Part shown: positions 53,401-64,000 of the stretch, piece after piece | How positions within the stretch are numbered: position 1 is the stretch's first letter | Layout: each line of letters opens with the position of its first letter | Source: Felis catus | Lineage: Eukaryota | Assembly (NCBI RefSeq): GCF_018350175.1 | Contig: NC_058368.1 | Location: forward strand, 163,372,001-163,436,000 | Direction: 5' to 3' | Length of the DNA: 64,000 bases | Program-made: the position numbers and the translations under genes | The notes under the pieces: model-generated | Seen by the model: only the letters and a program-made list of their open reading frames with translations | Database searches by the model: none | What the model was told of the DNA's origin: nothing

Positions 53401-54693
53401 AGACACCACAGCTCAGACTGACATTCATTCGTTGTTAAATCCATACTCTGTCATATGGTATACAATATATTTTCCAGTCTAAACTAGATCTCCAGGTCTG
53501 TTAATCCCGCCTTTCGCTCCCCTAGCCCCACCTGGACACAGAGAGGTATCCTTTCCAGATTATTTAAAGATCTTGAAAAACATTCTGCAATTGTAAACAT
53601 CCTCGCTTTTGATCTTTCTGACCAAAATATTCTCTGCTCGCTTCTGCACTCACTGAACTCTTCACTTACCTTTAAGTGCATACACAAGTGTTTATTTCTC
53701 TGGGAAATCTCCCAGGTCTAACCTTAACCCTACCCTCTCCCAGCCAAGCCCCAGGAAGGATTATGGACCCTCTCCTGTGTTCCATCACTACAGTGTGTCA
53801 TAAGTATTTGGTTTCTGTTTTTCTCATTTTATTCTACAAGGTCTTCAAGGCCAAAAGCCATGTTTTATTCCCAGAATCTAGCAATGCCTTACATAGACAA
53901 TACACTTAGTGAATACTTGCAGATGCTTCTGCAGAAGTTGTAGGCAGAACTGACCTAGGCATTCAGTTGCGCTGTTTTCTTAATTTTTATTAAAGAAAGA
54001 AATTAAATGTGCAGAGGTAAAAAGACTTTGAATGAAGCAGCACTATTTCCTTAAGTACAGTTGAGAAAATTACTTTAAAAGTGTTTATTCTCACACCAGC
54101 ATGCTCTCAAGCTTTCATAAGCTGGTCCTACAAGCCCTGTGCTTTCCTTTCTTCCTCCAGTCTTTAATGCCTGTCTCTAGGGATTTCACTGCATGTTGCC
54201 ACATCCTCCAGAGGATGGGAAGGAGAAACGAGACTCGAATTGCTGCATTTCTACCTCTCGGCATCTCTGTTGAAGTATTCGAGAGGGAAAGAAATATGGA
54301 ACTGATACAGTTGATTTCACAGTATCTTCCTAACTTTATATCCTCAGTCAGTACAGCTACTTCATACATCATACCTCTTTATTCATAAGCATGTTTATAA
54401 AAGGGCCTAACACAAATAAATGCAGGTATTCTCTAAGTATAAAGGTACTCTGATTAGAAATCAGAATAACTTGAGAGTCACAGAGTTTGTTATGTTTCCC
54501 TTCTCTTGTGTCAGGAAACAGTGAAATACAAGCCATGAAAGAGAGTGTCCCTCCATTCCCATTGCTATAGGAACCCTCACATTCAGAGAAATGAGATTGG
54601 TATCTTATATAGATTCCTTGTATGATATAATTACGATGGTTTATTATAGGGTCTTGTGTCTATTGAACATCTAGAATTTACACAGGAGTCAGA

Positions 54694-54734
<41 letters not shown>
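54694..54734. repeat. (CA)n microsatellite
   Basis: About 20 CA units. Confidence 0.96.
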
Positions 54735-54736
<2 letters not shown>

Positions 54737-55145
54737 CTTACTGCCCATGCTTGCTATTGATTCACACATAAAAGCTCTGTATTAAAATGATGCCATCCAT
54801 GTGGTCTTATTTCCCAAACATACTATTTTTAAATAAGAATCATGTCAAGAAGAAAGTAGTCTCAGATTTGCTCTATAAGGACGTCCGGGTAAGCTGTTTT
54901 CATAGGCATGTTATCAAGAGGAAAAGAGGGCATACGTTCCCCAAACAAATTCACAGTCACTTCATTTCATAGCTCAGGAAGCTACTCGGCATGTGCATGT
55001 GGTTTATTTATTTAGAGCACGGCTTGACTTTTTTTTTTCTTTGCGTCTAGTGACATTACTGCATGAGTTTCTTATAACCATTGTGCATCTTCATGAGGTT
55101 ATACAGCTTTCCTTTTTACACCAAATGTCTGTATTTATCTTACAG

Positions 55146-55275
55146 ATTTCCATGTCGAAGAATCACTGGATTGGCCTGGAGTATACCTGTTACCAGGCCA
55201 GGTCTCTGGGGTGGCTCTGGACCCTAAGAATAACCTGGTGATTTTCCACAGAGGTGACCATGTCTGGGATGGAAA
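55146..55275 (+). CDS. PAM: PAM coding exon 9 of 9, first PAL lyase exon (DFHVEESLDWPGVYLLPGQVSGVALDPKNNLVIFHRGDHVWDG)
   Basis: atcttacag|AT ... GAAA|gtaagt; 130 nt; includes the IFHR Arg equivalent to rat PAL Arg533; gene continues beyond the window. Confidence 0.97.
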
Positions 55276-55560
55276 GTAAGTAATATTGTTCCTTCAGGGT
55301 GTAAATGAAAATAAATATAGCATGCATCACTTTTTGTTAAACTAGGGTAATAGTAAGAGAACTACCAAGGTTCTTTGTGAACTTGATTTTTGTGAGCAAA
55401 CCATATGTATCCTTTTAATGCATGACTCTGATAAGTAATGGAGAGGAAGTCTTGGGCATTTTAAAACAATTAACGTAGTTTCACAAACTAGTTGATGGAA
55501 AGAAGACAATGACAATCTGATTCTGCCTACTTACCATTTTCTTCCGTTGTCCTTGAAGCC

Positions 55561-55604
55561 ACCTTCACATTCTTTTTTTTTTTTTTTTTTACCTTCACAT
55601 TCTT
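55561..55604 (-). mobile_element. Poly(A)-only retro-insertion with 14-bp TSD
   Basis: accttcacattctt - T16 - accttcacattctt; minus strand reads TT|AAGA at the target. Confidence 0.75.
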
Positions 55605-58600
55605 AAGGAGGATAATATTAAAAGACAGTTAAGAGAGTACATTTGCTGAGGCGTTTCAAGACTTCAAAGAAAGTGCATCCTGAGAAATGATCAACTAAGA
55701 AAAGTTACTAGTTGACTACAAGAAAACACTTTGTTATTTCCGTGTGCATGCTGCGTAAAGAACCACTTTAAGACCGTTGGACTCTCCTTTTCCATCAGAC
55801 TGCTGCACAGCAGTGAAAACAATTAACCTTCTGGAGATTATGGTTGAACCAGTTTAGCCACCACATGTATAGAAATAGTAGCTTGACCTTTATATTTTCA
55901 TACAGATTAACTTTATCACTCAAATTTTCTCTTTTTATGAGCACCAAAGACTTAAGAATAACACGAGGACTAATTCCCCTGCTTTTCCTTTGGGTTTCTC
56001 TTTCCAACCTTTTATTCTACCTTCCACTATCTACTTAGAAGGATTTTGACTAAAAATGTCTAACATGTATTGTTTCCTGTGGGTCTGTCACTGTTTTAAA
56101 TGTTTACCTAAATCACCTTACAACAGCTGGGCACTGTTATTATCACCATCATTCACATTTTCCAGATGAAACCAAGAGGAGGTAGGTGTTTTGCCCCACG
56201 TCTCTGAGTTAGAAAACGGCAAAACCAACCTTCACTTCCTTTTCATCTGACTCCAGGGTTGGCCCAGTTGCCCACTTTGCAATATTGCGTTTTATAGGAT
56301 TGTGAGCACATTCACATGATGACATTTTTAAAAGGTTGTTCTCAAATCTAGCAGGTTATCTTAACTCTCCTGAATAATGAATATCCATTTATTCATTTAT
56401 TTTATCACAAATGTGCATATGAAGGTGAATCTTAAACTAACAATTAACTGTAATGAATCTTCTCCTTTCAAGTGTATAGCTGTAGGGTCTCATTTGGAAA
56501 ACGGAGAGCCTACATATATAGTTCAGTTGTTTTTTTTTTCCCTCTAATTTCAGAGATATTGATTATACTTATGCTGGTGCTAACTCCGCTCTGTCACACA
56601 AACGTGTATGTATTTTTCTTTGTGCAGGTAAAGATGGCACTCATTCAGCATTTCACAATACATTGGTAGTTTGGTTATTGTTTAATTGTCCTCTCCAGTT
56701 GTCACACTTGAAAATGGAATCTGAGAAAGGAATCACTTCAGAGTTCAAAACAATCGAACTCAATATTCGTATTCATACATCTCTTGTTACATCGTCTCAG
56801 TCATTATTGAACATCTAATGGTATTTTAACAAGTGCTTTTAAAAGCAAACTATTACTATTCATTGTAGCATATTCTTCGTTTTAATGAATATTGCTACAT
56901 TTTCTGCATGGATTTCTAGCCACATTTTACCAGAGGAGAAAATTACAGCATCATTTTCTCCCATTGATACTGTTTCAGCTGGCTAAAGCTAAATTGGATA
57001 AAGTCCAAGTCTCCATTTGAATGTGATACTCATTCCAAGTAAACAGCAGAGGCTGGAACAGTTTCACAGGAGAAGGGATCAGTAAAGGCCAGCTTGGGAT
57101 GGGAGACGATGACACAACACTGAAATAAGAGCCACATAAGAACAGTTTGTGTGACTTATATGTTAGTCCTCACTCAAGAACTGCTTTTTCCTGGCATCTA
57201 GCTTTCATCTAGATAACCAGTATCATGTGCAAATAGATTCCAGCTTCAGTGCCAAAGCCCTGGTGTGTTTATCCCGATAAATGGCACCAACAAAAGGGTG
57301 TTGTTAAAAATGCAAGACTTCTTCAGAGCAGATGTGCTGGTTTAACTTATTAAATCTCTATTTCTTCTTTCTTATTCATCTTTATCTTTCAGGTGTAAGA
57401 ATTTTGTTAGCTGTCTTTCCTTGTGTCTCTCTTGTAGTGTCCATTGGCCTCTAGCAGCCTTTTCAGTCATGGTTGCAAGGAAATTCTCTTCTGGAACGTA
57501 CTTCTTTGCTTTTAACCACTGTCTGCTTTATTATTCATGAAGAGAATTAGAAGTGGATTACTCTTTATTTTTTTAGCAAAATAGATTTGGATTTGTAGGC
57601 TCTGTTCTTTGAACAGTCATGCATAGCGATCCTTCATATATAAGCTGCATTATATAAAATAGGCAAAGTACATAGTTTTTGTTCTCCCTCATTAAATATC
57701 CAAGGATTGTAAAAAGAAAAAGACAGCACCTTCCTGAAAAATTTATGATGTACTGGTGAGAGACAATGGACATTAAACATTGGGAGGAAATTGCATTCTT
57801 ATTGCTACCGCTGTTTGAATAGAGTAGTGAGAAATCCTGTATTAATCTTCCTTGGAATTTTTCTCATCCTGATAGTTCTCATGTTCACAAAATTGTAGTT
57901 TCCTTAAGGTCAGGACTTGCTCTAAAACTAAGCACTCTGTGTCCCCTAATTTTTAGGATGTGATCATTCTTTAACTATTAGGCATGCTTCATATTAATAA
58001 TCCGTACTTAATACTTAGTACCCAAAGCTCTTTGATATCATCATATCAACTTTTTTATAAGTAGTATTACTCTTCATTTCTACCTGATTTCCCTGATCAC
58101 CCCTTACTCTTCTATTTAACCATGCTAAATAAGCATGGCAACCAAACTGAAATAATAATAATCATAATAATAATAATTAATAATAAACCACTTGACCTCC
58201 TGAAAGGTGGTCATCACTCCCTTTCAGTATTTGATTTCCATTTTCTTTCCTGTCCATCTCTTACTACAATATGGCTACTTTAAGAAGCTTCTTCTAGCTG
58301 CAATAAGAAATGCCTATTATCAGAAGGATGTAATGAAACGTTTAAGAGCCTGCGGTCTGTCCTGGTGTTAGGGAGGCATCACAGCTAGAGCTCTTTCAAG
58401 TTTAAATGCGTCCCAGCAGGAGGTGGGTAGCTCCTGCCTCAGTAACAGCTGTTCCTGGGTCTCAGTCTTAAAATCCAGACTCCTGTCAAATCTTGCTTCC
58501 TGGCCTTTCTTTTATTTATCTCAGCTATGGTTCTGGTTCCACTGTGCAAGACTCACATCACATACCCACTTAACTAAACCATGGGTTTTACCCCTTATTT

Positions 58601-58679
58601 TTAGGTGTTAAAAAGTTGTTTCCTTTGTACAATTAGTAAGTTTTCCACATGGAGTGGAAAGGAAAGTTGGAAGTTGTAT

Positions 58680-59200
58680 CACTTGGAATTCTTTCAGTAA
58701 GAGAGAAAAACAACTCACACTACCTTAGGAAAAGAAGAAATAGATTAGATCGTATAAGTGAAAACTTCAAGGGTATGGTAATCCAGATGACATCACTAGG
58801 ATCCATTTTTTAACAAATTTTCTCCTGGTTAGCTCCATTCCTGCACCCTGATTGATCTCTGTCCCTGCTTTCAGCTTCAGAATCATATTATCACGCTAGT
58901 CTCACAGACGTAGTCTGTGTCCTGGACAGGTCAACAGAAAATCCTTAAATTGAGTCTGTTAGCATATTTTTTGGTCTGACTTAGATCATGTCTCCTCTAT
59001 CTCCAAACCAGTCATTGTGGCAAAAAAATAAAATCCACTCTTTGGCTTAGCTTGAGTTTTTTTCTTCTGTCTCTGGAATGTAGGAATAGAGTTGACATCA
59101 GAAGCAAATACACCGACAGCGGGCTTAGAATGTTGGGTCACCTAAAGAAACATTGAAGTTTCATTAGCTCAATGTGGGGCAGCAGACATTGGGCACCCAG
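58680..59200. mobile_element. Old MaLR (MLT1-type) LTR relic
   Basis: ggaattctttcagtaagagagaaaaacaactcac...ggtctgacttagatcatgt; heavily decayed. Confidence 0.45.
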
Positions 59201-59649
59201 AAGAGCAACTGTGCACCAGAGAGCTCACCTCCAATCTCCCGCCTAATGTACACACACCTCTTAGAAGATCTTCCACAGTCATCCAGTGCTTGAACTCTCA
59301 GTACCAAGAAATTCCCTATGATATGAGACATACTTTCCAATTATGAGACTCATCTAGCTGTTATAAAGTTCTTCACTATATTAAACTCAAATCCGAGTCT
59401 CCTAACTCCACCTGCATGACAACCTAATGCAGGGTGAACTTACTCCCATTTATCCATGGCAATTACTTACACATTTGAAGAAAGTCTTCTCTTCTCTGGA
59501 ATAAGTATACCCAGGACATCAACCAATCTGTACGCTGACATGATACTGTCATCTGAAGGTAGTTTGATTTCTCATCCTTTTAAAGTGTTTTGTGGAGAAG
59601 TGGCCACAATACCTCATGTATTATCTGCTCAGCAATGCAATTACTATCC

Positions 59650-60400
59650 TTAATGTGTATTCTAGATATCTCTCAGTGTAAAAAGTTTGTATTCACTCTT
59701 ATTCAGCATTCATATCATCTTGTTGTGTGTTGAATCTGCTAAAGTCTTTAAATACATTTCCTAAAACTTTTACTGGAAATTTATACTTATGTGGTGTTTT
59801 TATTTTTTAGCATATATTTATTTTTGAGAGACAGAGAGAGACACAGCATGAGCAGGGGAGGGGCGAAGAGAGAGGGAGACACAGAATCCGAAGCAGGCTC
59901 CAGGCTCTGAACTGTCAGCACAGAGCCTGACGTGGGGCTTGAACTCACGGACTGTGAGATCATGACCTGATCTGAAGTCGGACGCTCAACTGACTGAGCC
60001 ACCCAGGCACCCCACTTATGTGGTGTTTTAAAAATACTGAATTCAGGACTTTATTCCAATTATATTTCCCTTCATTAGATTTAACAATTTATAGATATTA
60101 TTTAACCAGAGAATGAGCTGTCCCTCCCAGCTTTGTATCAAGTCCATTGATGTACATGCCTTTCATATCTTCATAAATGTTGTTTGTAAAATTTGAATAG
60201 TTCAGTGGTTGGCTTAGCAAAGTTTTGTTCTTAGATATGTGGTCTTCTGGGATTCTTCTCCCATTTGCCCCCCAAATAGCTCACAAAACATGTCTTCATC
60301 AGTGCTTTATGGAATGTTGCCAACATCTATTGTTTCAGAAATCTCTCTGCATCCTTTCAGAAAAATCAGTTCAAGATTTGTCTCACTGGTTTTCTGGAGT
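59650..60400 (-). mobile_element. L3/CR1 LINE relic interrupted by a CAN-SINE
   Basis: Reverse complement of tccctcccagctttgtatca (60121-60140) encodes DTKLGG, the CR1 RT FADDTKLGG motif; boundaries approximate. Confidence 0.55.
59801..60013 (-). mobile_element. CAN-SINE
   Basis: Perfect 16-bp TSD acttatgtggtgtttt at 59785-59800 and 60014-60029. Confidence 0.96.
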
Positions 60401-60746
60401 CTCAGTTAAGATATCTGCTTCATTTAAGAATTAAGTAAACCTGTAAAACAGAACTCAAAGTGACTGAATGGTACCTTAGTACCTTCATATCTGAGAGAAA
60501 ATCATGAGGGGTTCTACAGAAAGAATGTTTCCATATTCTAGCATTCTCTCTCACATGGTCATTTGCCACTCAAACCATTTTCTTCCAGATTTATGTTACT
60601 TTCTCTAGTTCTTCGTTATGTGACTATTCTTCTATCACTTTTGCATATACACATTCAATTTGATAACTGGCAGGGAGATTCTCCAGTCCAGTGAGGTCAG
60701 TCCTACTAAGAGAAGACTATATATATAAATATGCAAATATGTAAAA

Positions 60747-60823
60747 TCTATATCTATATCTGTATCTATATCTATATCTATATCTATATCTATATCTATA
60801 TCTATATCTATATCTATATCTAT
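60747..60823. repeat. (TATATC)n hexanucleotide microsatellite
   Basis: About 12 units, one variant unit. Confidence 0.95.
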
Positions 60824-61303
60824 AAGACAGCTAACCTAAGTTTGAACCTTGGTTACCATTTTCTAGCTCTGAGACCTGCATGAAGATGTTTGCACTCCTT
60901 TTACCTGCAGTTCCCTAGTCCAAAAAAAATGAGGACTTTAATAAGTGCCTCATTCTATTGAGTAACAAAAAGCACTTTGTTCAGTGACTTCTACTTAGTG
61001 GCTTTAGTGACCCAGCAGAGCTGGCGCTATAATACCTAGCTCTTTGTTCTTTTCATCCCTGTTTGTGATGTCTCCAATGCTAGGTCCATTGGGGCACTAA
61101 CGAGTCATACTGGTTTCTTTGTCTACCTAATTTCCTCCTCACAGAGATTTTTTGCAATGTGTATATATTCAGAAGTGAGTGTTTTTAACATATTATTTAA
61201 GTATATTCCACTTAAAGACTCTGGCCTTTATATGGTATATCTTTGCTTTCCTAATATTGAGGGTATCTTTCCACTTATTTTCTCACTTTAAAACTTACAG
61301 TTC

Positions 61304-61501
61304 CAACAGATGGTTAGAGGAGGTGGTGGCGGGGTGGGGGGAGATAGGTGAACTAGGTGTAAGGAATTAAGAGTACACTTAAAATGAGCACTGAGTAATA
61401 TATGGAAGTGCTGAATCACTGTATTGTACACCTGAAATGAATATAACACTATGTATTAACTCCACTGGAATTAAAATTAAAACATAAAAGGAAAGAAAGA
61501 G
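61304..61501 (+). mobile_element. 5'-truncated L1 3' end (carnivore/L1MA-like)
   Basis: G-rich tract, gctgaatcactgtattgtacacctgaaa, A-rich tail; degenerate TSD aaaacttacagttc / aaaacctatggttc. Confidence 0.8.
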
Positions 61502-64000
61502 AAAACCTATGGTTCTCTCTCCAGCTTCTTAATTTATATAATTGCAACATTATATTATACTTCTCTCTTCAGTTGCTATTATTTATTTTGCATTCCCTTA
61601 ATTTTGATTGATGGCACAGAAGCTTATTTTCTTCTTACTGGAGTTTATTTTTTGTGTGAATATAGCAGAGCATTTCTTCTCAGCCTTATCTAAACTATTT
61701 GATTGGCTGCTAATGTGCAAAACTATTAATGGGGGATTCAAACTGCTAAAATAAAGAAGTGATGAATTCCCGCCCATGAACCACAGTTCAGTCTTTTTGA
61801 CTGAGTGCGTTTTCAGAGAAGCAAACAAAAGTCAGCAGTGCTCCAGGCACTGTGTGAAATTTGCAGGGTATTATTATATCCTGTAAAAAGTTAAATGTGG
61901 TTGAAATAAAGACTTCTCTGCAGTATATAATGTGGGGTAGCTGCTTTAGAACACTAAATAAGCAGTTTGCTATAGCAACAGTATATCCAGTTCTGTAATC
62001 TGACATCCATTTGTGAACTGTTCAAGGGTTACCGTTCTTTGAATTACAGGAATTTATAAACTACTTTATTTGGCAGATTTGGTGTGCATGTGTATGTTTG
62101 TGACTTTCTCATTTAAGAAAAAATTTCAACTTCTTCTGTCCCTTGCCCTGTGCGACTACGAACTGTTAGTGGCACAAAGCTTCACTATCCCAAATGAAAG
62201 GATCCCGACTGGCCAGCCAATCAGCTCAGTGACTGTCTCTTTTTGTGCAGCTATAGGTATGCTGAGGTCTGTTATGCTCCAGCTTTATCGGGATATACAG
62301 TAGGCATTGTTGCCACTATACAGTGCCACTATTATTAAGTATCAGTAGTGGGTCAGAACACTACGTATCAAGTGTATAGCACTTGGTAAGAACTATGAGG
62401 ACTTGGTAACTTTCCATGTTACTAACTCACAAGTGGGGGCAAAGTAGATAAATAATACACTAGTATGTTCCATGCCCAATCCAATAAACTGCAAGAATAC
62501 ATGAAAAATTTAGAAAATACAAAAGGGAAAAGGAAATCTAAATACAATCAGTAGATTTTTAGCAATATCCATAAATATCCTAGTTATGATGCTGTATTAT
62601 AGTTGTGCGAAATGCTACTTTTGAAGAGAGAAGTACATATGAATCCACAGTTCAATTCAAAATTTCTTTTCAAAAAAGAGGAAACAGATTTTAACTCCTT
62701 ACAGTCAGGGAAAGCATAATTCTCACATTATTTAGACTGCTATGGTGCTGTCATAAAGCACTGGAATGTTCCTAGATAATGAAGAATATGCCTTAAAACA
62801 GATCAAAAATGAAGAGACTATTCTATTGTACATGAATGTGAACCTTAGAGCATACTCTGAGTCTCAGACATGCTGACCTTATGCTATCCAATATCATAGA
62901 CATGTTGGAAGAAAAAGAAAACAACACTGATGGTTGAATCCAATGCCATTGTTTTCTAGAAGAATAGTTATGATGTTTTTAGTATAGAAATTCATATTGA
63001 AAATAGAGTTTCAGATACACAATAACTCTTTGGTGTTTCATTAAAGAATTACATCATGTTTGCCCTTTACCGGTCTCTTAATAACACCTTGTACATTCTT
63101 ACATTGGTTCTAATAAAATTTCACATTTCAATTTAATGAAGATCCCATGAATATCTTATAAAATCTACTTTGTTAGTGATGTTACTTCTATTTCATAAAC
63201 TCAGGTATTTTTTTTTTCTAGGTACTGCTGTGTGGTTTTAACTACACCTAATAGCATATGTAAACAGTATTACTTAAGTTTTAGGTTGACAAAGTTGAAT
63301 CAATATTTTGTTTTTAATTGAATGCATCATTAATAAGAACTACTTCAGGGACTTAGTGTTATCTTTCATGGAAAATATCCCCAAAGACTCTAACAGTCAA
63401 GAAGCTCAAATAATCGTGTAATGAATTTTTTAATGGCAAGAGAATGTAATTTTGAAATTTTTATTCTTCTACTGGGACTCTACATAAGTTCCACAAAAAA
63501 TGTCAACCAATCAAATATCAACCTAATCAATAGGTCTGTGACAGATCTGAGCACTCTTTTGCCTTTCCAAACTGCAAATGTATCTCCATTAATAGTTAAT
63601 ATTATTCAGGTTCTTCTTTTGCTTATACAGTTGAACTACAACATATTAGTTTTTTTCACAGCTTTGTCTGATTCTATCAAAGAAATTCTGTTACAGCTTT
63701 GACTGTATCAAATAGTTTCTGTTACAGAAATATTTGTTGATCATCCACTGACTCGTCTGGAAAAATATGTATTATTGTGTATATTTTTATGTAGATACAC
63801 ATATGTATGGCTCAACTATGTGCTAATTCAATTCTTCGTTCTTTAACATATAAATTGGTCCCTTTGTGATTTGTAGATTTACCTTTCTGTTATATAAGCT
63901 TATATTACAAGATTTTATCTTTGTCATTTGTCTCAAATAATTACCCAAACAGGAATTGAAATAAATATAGTATCTATGCTAATTGCCAATTTAGGTAAAG

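Noticed and set aside
55276..64000. Search for the next PAL exon (SFDSKFVYQQ...), including the acceptor-like site near 63221
   Set aside because: No matching translation; the exon presumably lies beyond the window

Overview
This is mammalian genomic DNA from a felid, judged by abundant feline-type CAN-SINEs. The window lies entirely inside the PAM gene (peptidylglycine alpha-amidating monooxygenase) on the + strand. Nine coding exons were reconstructed by hand (21678-55275; 1087 nt, in frame, all GT-AG introns). They encode the C-terminal half of the PHM copper monooxygenase domain, the His-rich linker, the optional exon A and the start of the PAL lyase domain. The rest is intron with 21 CAN-SINEs plus L1, L2, L3, MIR, MaLR and hAT relics and microsatellites. 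I found no independent novel gene or system. The best leads concern PAM RNA processing: a PAM-4-like read-through tail with poly(A) signal after exon A; a candidate cryptic terminal/poison exon at 39115 that would give PHM-only protein; RBFOX/PTB motifs and a SINE-poor zone around exon A; a young inverted SINE pair bracketing five exons (circRNA candidate); and a poly(A)-only retro-insertion. Repeat family names and comparisons to human/rat PAM are from memory and need database confirmation.
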